Source of the DNA: Gnetum montanum | Lineage: Eukaryota > Plantae > Gnetophyta | Length of the DNA stretch: 64,000 nucleotides | Direction of reading: 5' to 3' | NCBI GenBank assembly: GCA_015680685.1 | Contig: MNCI01003051.1 | Span: forward strand, 381,984-445,983 | The notes under the pieces: model-generated | The model's database searches: none | Told to the model about the DNA's origin: nothing | The model's input: the letters and a program-made list of their open reading frames with translations, nothing else | In this document: in pieces, positions 14,701 to 27,800 of the stretch | Position numbering within the stretch: position 1 is the stretch's first letter | Layout: every line of letters starts with the position of its first letter | Position numbers and translations under genes: made by a program

Positions 14701-15183
14701 CACATGTCATTGTTAGGGGCACAATTACTATAGCTTTTGTAGCAGGGGAGCAATTCCCCAATTCTGCCAAGTTCATTGTCATAGAAGAGATGTTGGGCTT
14801 CAAATTGATATTGGGTAGACCTTAGCTGGCCCAATTATGAGCTATCTCCTCTCTAATTCATTAAGAGATCCACCTCCCATATGAAAGTGGTGAAGTTATC
14901 ATCCGTGCTGATAATGTCGCTCCCTTAGCCATCAATAACGTAGATATGGAGCAAGGGTCGAAGGTTGAGTTTTCTAATGATGCATCTATAGCAAAGAACA
15001 AGATACATGAAGTAAGTACAACTAAAAGAGTGGTAGAAGCTAGTGACCTCCCAAAGGATGCCCTTTAGGCATAAATGCCCTTTGACGTAGCAAGAAAAGA
15101 TCAAGGGGATTACCGAATAGTGCAATCCAAATCTTATGCACCTCCTAATCCACATTGAGTTAGGAAGAAACTAAATGACTAAG
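11701..15183 (+). pseudogene. gag: gag and protease of B, decayed
   Basis: ORF 12349-12816 is Retrotrans_gag-like (FSKNNGEGDSNAYLVTF...ISSLEDFLNQFVMHF). ORF 14583-14825 is protease-like (QVDDGAVANVI...LILGRP). Confidence 0.88.
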
Positions 15184-15344
15184 GTATCCCCTTAGTCCAA
15201 AATGTGCTAGGTGCTTGCCTGCTATTCGCTTTCACACACCTTATGTTGCATTTTTTTTGTATTATATTAGCATTGTAGTATGTTATTTGCATTTAGCTTG
15301 ATTACTCAGATTATTCATGCAAGGTTGCACGCATTTGAAAGATT

Positions 15345-15730
15345 ATTTTGGAGAAAATGAGCCTTGTACATGTTCTGTCAATTAAAAGTATGTCCTCCTA
15401 GTAGGATGTATGTAGAGCCTATTGTATAGGGTTCTAGTTTTGCTAGATTATCCATGCCTATTAGTAAGTCATAAAATTTTATTTCATAATGAAAAACATC
15501 TAATACTAATATTCTATTATCTGTAGTTTTGATAGGAAGTTTAGCTTTTTATTCCATGGGCATCTTTTATGTATTGAAAGAAAAATATATTTTTTCTTTC
15601 TTTTCCCATAAGTATGGAATAACTTCCCATCTGCCTAAAGATACTTTTGCTCCACTATCTATTAATGCATCTATGGGATACTATCTAATATAATGTATTT
15701 TAATAGAAAATGTACATATGGGTAATGAAG
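15345..15730 (-). pseudogene. Caulimovirid aspartic protease
   Basis: DALIDSGA (15648-15671) and DLLIGMD (15450-15470). The frame ends shortly after. Confidence 0.85.
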
Positions 15731-16479
15731 TTTCTCTTTTATTATTGTTAATTTGGTTGACAAGCATGGCTTGTGTTTCTTCTTGATATTTCTATCTCTG
15801 ATAACTTTCTCCTATTTCTTCTAATATAGCTAGTTCATTAGAGGTCCATTGTATGTATTTCCTTAATTAAGTGATCTACTGGGTTCTAAGGAAAGATTCA
15901 TCAAGAAGAGGGATTTGTTCCTATGTTTTTTTTCCTACAAACCTTTCAAAGTTTTCATCTTCCCTTCTATTTCTTCTCTTTCTATTTTTAGTTTTGCTTC
16001 CTCATCTTATTCTATGGTTTGAGAGTCAAGGTACTTGTGCCATTGTTCTTCTATTGCATATCTTTGTTCATCTAACTCTCTTTGTTTGTCCTTTATCCAT
16101 TGTTTAAGAGACATGATCCTATTGATATTGTTTATTGGTTATTCTTCTAACTATTCTTGTAGATGTTGTAATTGGGATTTAATAATCTTATATATGGGAT
16201 CATGTTCTATAGGATCTAGCTGGCTATCAAAAGATTGTTCAAACTTTGTGGGTTCTTGTGGAGGTGGAAGTGTTTGTTGTGTGAGACACGTGTTCATGTT
16301 GCAGTAATAATATGCATAAGAGTCACTACTGTGCTCATTTTCCCTGGGGAGAAAATAAAGATCATTATCACTAACCTCATAATCAGAATATTCATTAGAC
16401 TCAAGGAGGATATCACTAGGTTCAAAAGGAACCATATCATCATTTAAAAACTCATATTATTGTTTAGAAAGATTATGGT

Positions 16480-17450
16480 GTTCAATAAAATTAACACGTT
16501 GACTATGTTTCTCTTTATTAGAACAATTGCGAGCAAAGTGATTACCTTGGCAAACAAAACACTTGACTTGTCCTTTGGGAAGTTTTTGCTTATGACGTTT
16601 GAACATACCTCTAAAGATACATTGGGGTTTATCATCTAATTTCTTTTGCCATTGCCTATGTCTGTAAGGTCTTCTATATTTAGGATCCTTATTTTTATTT
16701 TTGTATGGTTTCTGACAACAACACTTTTCTTGCCAAGCTGGTTTTAACTACTTATGTTCAGGACATACAGAGGCATAGAAAGACTTTTCTAATTATTTAT
16801 TAATCTACTTGATAGTAGATTGGGTACTAAGGTCATGATAGAGATCATGGTTTACATCATTGATAAGTTGGACAATGTAGCTAGAGCTAACATCATCCAA
16901 AGTTCTATTGCAATATTTTAATTCTTGTAAATATTTTTCTTCAAGTAGAGAAGGTATTGCTCCTATGAGATGTTCCTTAGCAGATTTGTCATGGGTTAAC
17001 TTTCCTCTATAATACCAGTCTTCCATTTGAGACGAGAACTCATTAGTATCCTAAATACGTTGTAACGTAGCATTGAAAAAATGTTCTCTACATGTTGTAA
17101 TATAATTATCTTTATGACCTATGAATTTTTTAGTATAGCATTTATAAAAAACATAGAAGGTCCATCTAATAATTTTTTCTTTATGTCAGCATCTCTTTGA
17201 TTTCACCATCTTCTAAGATTTCATGTGAAATTAAATACAGCATTTTGGAGAGCATTTTTCATGGATTTTTTGTCTAGCACTACTTGCCTATCTATGAAAC
17301 CTATGATCTTATCTAAAACTTGTTGTCTCTATGCAAATGTATAGTTATCCATGGAGAATCATGGTTCTCTTTCATTAAGAGGCCTAGAAGAGATTGCTTA
17401 GTACTCTTGAGGATTGTGAGTATACATTTCTAGATTTCTTAAAATATTTT
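16480..17450 (-). pseudogene. Caulimovirid capsid protein with zinc knuckle
   Basis: Helical MEDWYYR...HLIGAIPSLL region, basic patch, CFVCQGNHFARNC at 16523-16561, followed by an acidic stretch (ESNEYSDYEVSDND). Confidence 0.75.
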
Positions 17451-18559
17451 CTTCTTTAGAATCTAGTTTACTCTCAAAGTCTACAATCATGGATTTGGAT
17501 TCTTCATTTGCATGAATTTTATCCTTTTCCTTGTGTTCCTTGATAAATCTATGTCTAGGTTAGGTATGGCGAGATGTGTGTTGGGATGTTAGAGAATCAA
17601 TGTTTGTTTCCCACTTAGGTATTTCATACTTAGGAGGAGGAGAGTCAAGCTTAGGTTTAGGTCTTGAAGTAGTAGATTTCTTAGGAACCCATTGTTGTTC
17701 TATGGTCCTTAGTTTAGAATTCATGGCCAACATTCGCTGATTCATTCTATCATTGTGCTTATGGATTACCATCATATCTCCAATCATTACACTAATCTTA
17801 TAATTCATCCAATTTTGAAGTCTAATAGTGTTAGAAGGTGGATCTATACTCATTTTTTGAAATAAGCCATGGGCTTGTTCAAACTTTTGTTTTTGAGATT
17901 CCTTCTCTTGAAACTTATTTTCACCTTTTGTGTTGGTACTTACTTAGCAATTCATGCCAATTGTTAATAACTGATCACACTTAGAGCAATGATATTATGT
18001 GTCATATTTTATGACTAATGTGTGAGGATAGGAACTGATGGAAGTTATTTTAGATTCATTGTATGAGACCTTTCTTAGTTATTTTGTCAGAATCTATTTT
18101 CCTTTATTTATTTTTGTTAAAGTGGCATGAGATGGTTCAGGGGCTTTTCCTAAGGTTTTGTTTATATCATAAGAGATCCCTAATTCCTTAAAGATCCTTG
18201 TTAATCTTTCTTCTTGTGTTTCTATTTCAAGTAAGTCTGTTTGTGGAAGAACAAAAGATTTTCTAGAAGGGATTAACTTGGAAGGATTCTTTATGGGAGG
18301 AAGAATTCATTTGTTGGATTCTCCCATTTCTAGGAATGGATCTATATTTATGAATATAGGAGTTTTGAGATTTACATGATAAGTTTTTCTTTCTAGATTA
18401 TGACATGACTTCTTAGGTACCATGTGTTTATAAAATTCCTCAATTATGTCATCTAATTGAGGGTATAGGGTAGGAATAGGCACATCTTTGATGTTAATGG
18501 TTAATCCATATTCAATATTCTTGGTGCCACAGAAGATAATATGTTCATCAAATGATAAT

Positions 18560-19050
18560 AGTGTCATTATACTAACAGTCTAAAAAAGCTTAAAAATTAA
18601 GCAAGTACCTATTGTAGCATACACGCTAGCTACTTTCATATCTAAAGGAATGTAAGCAATAATCACTAAACTATTATGTAAATGATGGTCCCTGAATGAT
18701 AGAGTAAAGTTGGGAAGTGTAACTACTAGTGTGTTAGATTCAAGATAGCCCTTTGCCTAAGTGATAATGGCATCTTATAACTTCTTGAATCTTCAATCTA
18801 CTAGTGCAAGCCAGTAGGGGCTCTTTAGGCAATAATTAAAGTGAGGATGGATATGTATATAAAGTTTAACGATATGTATATAATTATATTAAGCTTGAAT
18901 CCACTTCCTAACCTCTTCTCCTAAGAAAAAAGAAAGAGTGACGGGTCAAAGAACAAAGCCACTAATTTCTAATTTGCATTTAGAAAAATGCATAGATGTA
19001 ATGTATTCAATAGGATTAAGCTTCTTGAGAGGATAAATCTCTCATTGTCA
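18560..19050 (-). pseudogene. Caulimovirid 30K-family movement protein
   Basis: YNYIHIVKLYIHIHPHF...WLALVD*RFKKL*DAII...LPNFTLSFRDHHLHNSL, matching the YIHIG / LxDxR / PNFxxSLxD motifs. Confidence 0.88.
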
Positions 19051-19270
19051 AGGGATACGTGGCATAGTGGAACATCTTGAGGTACTACAAAAAGTAGAAA
19101 TGTGACGAGCATAAGGAGCAGGAGAACTTAATAAAGCATGGGTTCCGATCATTTCTTGCAATGAAGAAGTATACTATTATAGTTGCACATCTTACATGCC
19201 TCATGTCAGTTCTTACTGTGTGCCTTACACCTCCGATGACTCTGTGACTTTGCTGCAAAATCATGTCTCT

Positions 19271-19420
19271 AATACCAACTCTTTCCTAGATCGTTCATTC
19301 CATATGCTCACTCTTGTTCAAAGAAAAAGTAGATCATTCATTCCTTATACTCACTCTTGCTTCAATACCAACTCTTACCTAGATCATTCATTTCTTATGC
19401 TCACTCTTGTTCAAAGCAAA
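19271..19420. repeat. Short tandem duplication at the viral leader (3 copies of a 30-bp core, 2 PBS-like copies)
   Basis: tagatc(a/g)ttcatt..tat(g/a)ctcactcttg at 19287, 19330 and 19380; aataccaactc at 19271 and 19364. Confidence 0.85.
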
Positions 19421-19436
19421 AGCAATATAAACTAAA

Positions 19437-20665
19437 TGTAGCGACTAAAAACATCAAAGGCTGGAATAGTGCACCAAGAGATCTGTAGTTGCACAGCCTT
19501 GACCCTACTTCTGCATGAGGGCCTACTGGGAATGAAGGCATGCTGCCTAGAACTAGGACTTACGTGTGTTATGACGAAATGAATATTAAGGATTTGCACA
19601 ATATTTTGCAATGTCCATTGTGCCCATGGATGTGAGTGCAGTTGAGGTTTTGGGTGCAAAAATGAGGGCGCAAACACATGAATATGTGTGAGAATAATGA
19701 AAAATGCAAGTGAAATACTAAAATGTAGGAGAAAATGCAAACAATGTGTAAAGTGTAAGTGAGAGAGAAAGTGGCACCACCCAAAATGGGGGGAAGCATA
19801 GTTAACTACAAAGAAAAGGTATGGAGGTACACAATGTACAAATAGGTGCAGTAGGTAGCATAGTCACAATCTTAGGGTATCTGGTTGTGAAGAACTAATG
19901 TCTACCATGGATTCTAAGCTTGATGGGTTAGCTACCATGATGTCCTACAAGTTGCGGTGGTGTATAATGCGCTGGGTGGTGTACATTGGTGTTAGGTAGT
20001 GTCTCAAAGTTCACCAAGATGCCAAGTGTGCTCAAGTGCAAGAGTGCCTAGAGTGCCAATGCTCAAATTTGCCAACTAGATGTGAGATTTTCCAACCCTA
20101 AAATGTGAAGAATTGGGGTATTTATAAGGCTAAGGTTAGCATGAGTCACAGATCAAGTTCCATGTGGTAGAGGGGTAGTTGGGACTACATTATCCCCAAC
20201 TACACTCTCACTGAAGCAAATGGTGTTCTACTAGTGTGCTCTGATGGACCTTGTGAAACTACCAAACTATGATTACGTTGCCAAGACTACATGTGTGAGT
20301 ACTAGCAAATCACAATGTACCTAAAACAATGCAAAATAATGTAGTTTTGGAGACTACGCTTTACGACTACGCTGTCCACTCTCTCGAGTGGTGTCAAGCA
20401 TAGGTATAATTCAAGAGAAAATAGGAGATGTAAATGAAATGAAAATTGCTGATCTTGCTTGCTGATGGAATGTTGGAGCTGAGATGTAGGCTAGTGTTGC
20501 ATTCTGAAGGCTTTTGAAGGTAGTTTCAGTAGACTACATTGACTATGCTCTAGAGCGTAGTCCCAAGAGTTAGATAAATTTTATCAAAAAATGTGTTTCA
20601 ATGCAGACTACGTTGACTATGCTTTGGAGCATAGTCCTAGCAAGGAAAGCATAGCCTTAACACTT
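19437..20665 (-). repeat. 3' LTR of C (U3 end, PPT and part of the 3'UTR deleted)
   Basis: Aligns with 36472-37700 only, then jumps into the 3'UTR tandem array. Confidence 0.88.
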
Positions 20666-20682
20666 GTGTGTTGAACTGTGAA

Positions 20683-21025
20683 CCTAGTTTAAGGTCTTGG
20701 TAGATCATGATGTGCTAGTTTATAGTCCTAGTAGATTTTTGTGCACTAGTTTAACATTGTAGCAAATGGTGAATGTTATGCCAATTTAATGTCATGACAC
20801 AAGAAGGAGTTGTGCCAATTTATAGTCATAGTGGACTTTGTTGTGCAAATTTATAGTCATAGCAGACTATGTTGTGCTAGTTTATAATTTTTGTGGATTT
20901 TGATGTGCTAGTTTATAGTCATAGTGAACTATGTTGTGTTAGTTTATAGTCATAGCAGACTATGTTGTGCTAGTTTATAGTTGTAGCAGACTTTGTTGTG
21001 CCAGTTATAATCATAGTAGACTTTT
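20683..21025 (-). repeat. ~31-bp tandem array in the 3'UTR of C
   Basis: Repeated ctagtttatagtcatagcagactatgttgtg units. Confidence 0.88.
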
Positions 21026-21057
21026 GCTTACCTTGCTTCATAGAGATGTGACATTGC

Positions 21058-24000
21058 ATACTAGGTGTAGTAAGGCTTCAAGTACGAGTGGTTCATCAAA
21101 TTTGCAAATTCATTATCATCATGGTTAGCAAGCTTGAATGTTCCATTATCATAGGCCTTGACAACCAAGAAAGGCCCTTCCTAGTTGGCTGAGAATTTTT
21201 TCATGGGTTCGCAAACAACCTTAAGAACCAAGTCCCCTTTCTTTATCGAGCATTGATGCTGATTGTGACAATGCTTTTTCCATTGCATTTGCTGGTATCA
21301 TTTGATTTGACCAAGCATCTACATGTGCTCCTTCTCTATCAAGTCAAGGTCCATGGTTCTCAACTTGTCATTTTGAGCCTCGTCGATGAAGCTCAAGAGG
21401 GTTACATGGAGTGATGGGACCTGTAATTCAAGAGGTAATATCGCTTCAAACCCATAAACCAAACTGTATCACGTCTTACCTGTTGTAGTTCTTCATGTTG
21501 TGCGGTAGGCCCAGAGTGTGTAGATCAGCTATTTGTGCCATTGCCATTTGCTACTATTGAGCATCTTCTTTAAAAGATTGACAATGACCTTATTTGTGGC
21601 CTTTGCTTGGCCATTCACCTATGGGTAATAGGGCAATGAAAAAGAATGTTTGATTTTAAAGTGTTCACAAAAGTCTTTGGTCTCAACATTGCTAAACTGT
21701 GGCTTGTTGTTTATGACTATGGTCATAGGTAAACCAAAATGGGTCACTATGTTGTCAAGTGTGAATTCGTAGACCTACTGCAATGTAGTCTTCTTAAGGG
21801 GAATAGCCTCAACTCACTTTGTAAAATACTCAGTGACACTTATAATGAAGTTATGCCCTATGGAGGTCATAGGTGTTATTGGTCCTATGTTGTCCAACCC
21901 CCAACGTTGGAACAACCATGTGATCTACGTTGTATGTAGTTCAGTGGGTGGCACGTGCATTAAGTTACCATGTTGTTAACACGTGTCACACATCCTAACC
22001 CTGGAGATACAATCGTGCTCCATGTAAGGCTAATAGTAGCCTAGGCATATGATCTTTTCCGCCATTGCCTTGGGTGCTATGTGATCTTCGTAGAGTCCCT
22101 CGTGGACTTCTTTGACGATCGTCTATGCTTCACTGTTGCTAATGCAAGTGCTATCACCCACAATGATGTACTACTATGATCATTTTCACATTACATCTTT
22201 TTTGGAAATGATTAGATGTTGTGGAGGTTTACCTTGTAGAAGGTACAACTTGATGTCTTTGTACTACTCTACTACATGGGTTATGCTTACTGTGGCTATG
22301 GGTGCAATGTCGATTATTTGCATGATAGGCATAGTGCAATCTACCACCATGGTGTGCAATGCACAAAACATTTTAGGTGTAATGCTTAATGCTAATGTAG
22401 CTAATGAATTAGCAATGGAGTTTTCTTTGTGGGGAATATGCTAGACATTAGCAATTGCAAATTGTTTGAGTAGGTGCTTTGCCAAGTCACAGTAAGGTTT
22501 CAAGTGTTGGGCTTTACAAGAATAGACCTCTGTGACTTAGATGATGATCAATTGTGAGTCACCTCAGATCGCTAGGCTCTGTATTCCTAGGATGTGAGTT
22601 GCTAAGATACCCTAGAGGAGACCTTCATACTGAAGTAATACTACCTCTTTGAGAGGTTGAAGCACCATGAAAGTATAAAAGTGCCTTGAAGTTGTTAAGC
22701 ATTTGGCTTATGCTGGTGATATGCGCATCCGAAAATTTTGGATCTATCATTGCTTAATCATCGATTAGAAAAGCCATAAGTTGTGTGGCTATTTCTTGAC
22801 CTTTGGTTGATGCTTGCACAATGTAATGTAGGTCAAACTCCATAATTATTACTTTCCAACGTGCAATGTGACTACTCTCATAAATATTCATTGTAATTGC
22901 TCAAAGCACATTACTTTTGTAGATGATGTTGACTTGACTGTGAAAAAGACAATGCCTTCACTTCTTGAGTGCAAAGACCAAGGTAAGAAAATTCTTTTCC
23001 ACATTGTTGTATTTTGCTTCATAGGCAACTAATGCATGGCTTAGATGGTATACCAAGACCTTGGTGCCATTATCTCACTTTTGATAAAGTAGAGAGGCGA
23101 TGGACACATTTGAGATAGCAAGGTAGATGTAGAATGATTTATATTCTTATGGAAGGTAGAATATTGGAAGTTGAGCTAGATTTTGATTAAGGTTGTGAAA
23201 TGCCACTTGGCATTGAGCTGTCCACTCAAAGCAGACTCCTATTTTCAGCAAGTATTGCATTGGCTATAACTTGTTAGTCAACCATGTAATAAACCATCGT
23301 ATGAATTGCAATCTACCCTGTAACCCTCATAGCTCCTTAAGGTTGGCCAGTGGTGCTAATTTGATAATTGCCTTAAACTTATTGGGGTCTATGCATATGC
23401 CTGCTTTATATACTATGAAATGTAGCATGTGGCCCATCTTGATGCTAAAGACACATTTCTTAGGATTTAATCTAAGTTCATGCTTCAGACAACATTTGAG
23501 CACAAGGTCTAAATCATCTACGTGATTTTGTGATGTCTTGGATTTAACAGCTATGTCATCAATATAATCATTAAGCAGACCTAACAGGTAATTGCTAAAG
23601 ATGTACATCATGGCTTGTTGATAGGTTGCTCCTGCATTTCTGAGTCCAAAGGGCATCATGGTGTAGCAAAATGTACCCCAAGGGATCATGAAGATAGTAC
23701 TGAGCTAGAGCTCTAGGTTGAATTAAATCTGGTTGTACCTTGAGAACTCATCCATGAAGGACAACAACGCATGGCTAGCCATAGTATTGACCCATTAATT
23801 AATAGTAGGTAACATAAAATCATTTTTAATGGTTGCCTCTTTTAGGTCCTAGAAGTTTATACTTTCATTTTTCTTGTGTACAACCGTGATGTTGGACACC
23901 CAGTCTATGTAGTCAATGGCCCAGATGAAGCCAGCTTTGTAGAGCTTAGTGATTTCATCATAGACTACCAACACCACCTCAAGCCTAACCTTGTGGGGTT

Positions 24001-24415
24001 TCTACTTGACTGGTTTTATGTTGGGATCAAAGATTATGTTTTTGTTGCACTACACAAGGATCCAGGCTTGGCATGTCTTCGTAAGACCATATGAATGCCT
24101 TGATGTTATCGTTAAGTAATTTTGTGACGTTTTGGGCATGTTGAGGCTCTAATAAAGAACTAAGTTCCAATGTTTTTACCTCACCACTAGACATTGCTAT
24201 AGGGACTTCAACAAGGGGATCCTTGATGATGTTACTTGCCTCTAGATTTAGAAACCTAACTAGATGGTTTGACCAATCTAGCAATGCCTCTACAAATGTT
24301 CAAGGTCTAGGCATTATGGATTGATGCATCATGTTAGACTACCATGTGGTGTGGTGAGGACTAGGGGTAAATGAAGATTCTTGTACATAGACATGTTGTG
24401 AATCCTGAAATAATC
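21058..24415 (-). pseudogene. pol: pol of C (RT, RH, aRH, INT)
   Basis: ORF 23327-23689 MMPFGLRNAGATYQ...YIDD...LRLNPKKCVF, collinear with the pol of B. Confidence 0.95.
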
Positions 24416-24852
24416 TTGCAAAAACAACCAGAAAAATGTCAATTAATACTTGTCTTCATGAGAGCAATATGCATAGTTAAAGAAAATAATGCAATAAAAT
24501 TTTGCCTAAGTATGCAAAGATAAGGGACACAGGGCTAGATTTAGGCCTTGGCCAACCATGGGGTTGCTATTTTAAGGACTTAGTAGACTATTTGATGCTA
24601 GTTTAACATCGTAGCAAATAGTGATATGTGCTAAATGAATCATTGGAACAATGTTTGGTGCATCAAAAAAGCGAAAATAGCTCGGGCGCCCACTGGGCAA
24701 CAAGAAAAAATTCAAAATTTTTCTAAGTCCAGAGACAGCTAGAAAAATCAAAAAAAATTTCTAACTATAGTAACTACGCTCACACACAGCTACACTCGAC
24801 ACTTTTGAGTGTAGTCCTAAGGTAGGTAAAAAATTTAAGTGGTCCCTAGGGG

Positions 24853-27800
24853 TATAAAAGAACATTTTACCCTTTGTAAATTTGTCATTGTTAATGGTGA
24901 AAATGCAACTTTCTAGAGCGTAGCGCGGTTGCAAGAGCATATTCGCCAAAATGTCAAGTTGAAGTGGCTGCCAACACCTTGGTTTGACCGACATGGATGA
25001 GGCAAAGCAAGTCCTAGGACACCTACCTCAAGCACGCATACAGGAGCAGAGGGTGCCACCATCTACCAAGTACCCTAACTACGCTCTACCGTCTTTTTCA
25101 TTTTTTGGTGCTTTTCTTGCATTTAGGTGTTTGGGGCTTGGGTTTTGGCAGCTTGCTATGGTAGGGACCACTGTAGCTATAGTCATTGTGGCCTTGCAGT
25201 AGGGGAGGATGCATGCATGATGTGAAGGGTTTTTCCATTTGTGATTATTTTTTGGATGACCAGTTTTGCTACCATGCAGGTGGACCATAGAAGGGAAAAT
25301 AGTGGTTAGGGCATGAATGGTATTAGTGGATAGGCCAAGGACTAGCTTATGGTGCATGGCATAGGGATTTGCCCTACATTTTTTTGTAAAAATTTTGTCT
25401 ATCTTCTTCTTTGTTTTTGCATGGTGATGAGGGAAGTAGGGGTCTGGAATTTGATGGTAGTGATGGCGACGAGGGGTTGCCACTCATGGGGTTTAAGGGC
25501 ATGGTAGAGCGTGTCTAAAAATTTTCTATTTTTTAGCCAGTCCTTTTTTTCTTTTGTCTTTTGCATGGGTGGGGCAAGGCATCGATTGTAGCTGAGATGG
25601 CTTGTCATAGGGTAGGATGCACCAAGGGTGATCCTACCATTTTTCTTTTGTTTTCTAAAAAAAATTGATGAGTGAAGTAGTGAGCAGTGTGTGGTAGGGA
25701 TATGCATGAGACCATGGGGTGACTACACCCCACAGTATGGTTAGGGGCCGCAGGAAGAAAGAGATGGTCTTGGAACTAGTTACATTACATTTTCTTATGT
25801 GTTGCAAGTGAGGGTGAGGGTTTGAGGGCCACTGGGGGGTGCTCAGAACTAAGGTAGCATTGTTGGGGTGGGTAGCGATGGCTGTGAGATCCGTGGCCAT
25901 GGCTAGTGCTTCGGTGTGTAGGGTATGGTCTTGGTGGCGGTGGGTGATATAGTAGAGCACCACGTGGTAAGGAAGAGAGTGTTGGGATGACAACCAAACC
26001 TTGATTCACTTGTCACAACTAAGACTACACTCCTGTCTTGAAGGCACAATTGATGCAAAGTGTCTACAAAAATGGCTCGTCCAACAGTTAGTATTTTGGA
26101 TAATCTATGAGGTACGTAGCTAGGAGTTAGAAAAATTTTAGACAATCTTGGACTCTACTTTGTAGTGTTCAGGAGCATAGTCGGTGTCAACTAGAGTTAG
26201 AAAAGTTTGTAAATTTCCAAACTATGCTCTTAAGGGTAGTGCAGAGTTAGAATTTTCTCATGCGGTTTCTAGGAAACACCTTTAGAGAGAATCTAGAGCT
26301 AGAATATTTGCGACTACTTTGGACTATGTTGCCTAGAGTTAGAAAAAATTTGAAAAATTTTGCTAGATGTAAAAATGCGAACAATGTTAAAAACTATGAT
26401 AATGACAAATTTTCAAATCAAAACAATGACAGACTGCTAAAACATGCAAATGAAGATAATGCAAAATGTGCACACATGAAAAATGAAATGCTAATACTAT
26501 GCTAACATGCTATACCCCAATGAGTACTGGGTGCATTAAATGTATGTGTTAACGTTTCATACCCATGGGGCCCAAGGGGTCCTAGGATATTTTTTGCTAC
26601 ATCACATTAATTTCTTGCTAAGTTTAATTTAATGTATTTTTGCAAAAATGCATCTATTGTATACTAATGCCACATTTATCATTTTTGCAATTGCAGGGTG
26701 TTGCTAAAGCCCATCTTAGTCATTGTGGAGCTTATTGGCATTCTTTGTTACATGAGCAAGCCTATACCCAACATGCCTACATTAGATATGTGGATGGGTT
26801 AGCAGGTAGTATGGTTTTGGCCTGGGGCATTCAAGTTCCTAGCATAAATGCTACAACATTTCAATGTGATTATGTTGTCACACTTAATAGTGGAGGCTAT
26901 AGGTGCTATCATAGAGATATTACTACCTAGGGCTTAGTGGGACATATTGAAATTTATGTTCAATAAGCCCACGTCCGATGATGACATAGCAAGTAATTCA
27001 AGGTGAGGCCCCAAGGACACTCATCCCTTATTAAGGATGAGGAAAAGATGCTTGCCTTGATCCAAAGTGCCCTAGAGGTGTTCTTCTCTAGTCTAAAATT
27101 TTGAGAGGTTGTACTTGAGTAGATGGAAAATGATCTAAAGAATTACTCCACCAAGTCCTTGAAGGTGTTCCAGTAGTGCAAGTCCTATGGTTGGCTTAAT
27201 GAGGGGTGAGCTAATGGTGTGTCCAATTTCAAGGAGATAGTTGCACCACCACATTCATTTCACATACTATTTGTTCCATGTAAGTGTTTATGTATTTGGC
27301 TTTTATGCTTGTTCACATGCACTCATTAATTTTCCCTTACCTAATTTTATCATTTGTTTGCCTATGTTGCAGCTATAGTTGCTTCAAGAGAGGTGACGGT
27401 GATCACCACAAGCTGCAATGAGGCTACCCTCATCATGAAGTATCGTAATGTAGAGGGGACATAGCATTGGTTGTGCCATCAAGCCTTAGAGGTGTTGACC
27501 AATCAGCTCACACATGCTAGGTTGATGGACCTTTTCTTAGCCCTTAGCCTAAGCATTATAGTGGTTGAAATGGTTACCATTGTAGACTCCTTTAGTAGCG
27601 ATGCCTATAGCAATGTACACAGAGTGAGGGTAATCTTGGACCTCAATGATACCTTCTTTTTTGACCTCTTTAGCCTTCCCTCCAATGGCTTGTTGGTCAT
27701 TGACAAGGCCAACAAAGAGGTGGACCACAAAGGAAAGATTGAGGAGTGGCTAGGAACCATCCAATATCACAAAACCATCATGATTAGATACATGCTTGTG

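Larger units (their letters stand above)
15340..19420 (-). mobile_element. Endogenous caulimovirid (pararetrovirus) segment: tRNA-Met PBS, MP, CP, AP; no RT/RNaseH
   Basis: PBS-like TGGTATTAGAGA at 19266-19277, then a 30K MP, a capsid with zinc knuckle and a pepsin-like protease in Caulimoviridae order. AT-rich composition distinct from B. Confidence 0.9.

Noticed and set aside
20683-21025. Regularly spaced repeats resembling a CRISPR array
   Set aside because: Plant retrotransposon 3'UTR tandem repeat with degenerate units, no unique spacers and no cas genes.
25079-26145. Overlapping His/Pro-rich minus-strand ORFs
   Set aside because: Explained by G/C skew. Several frames are open and there are no recognisable motifs.
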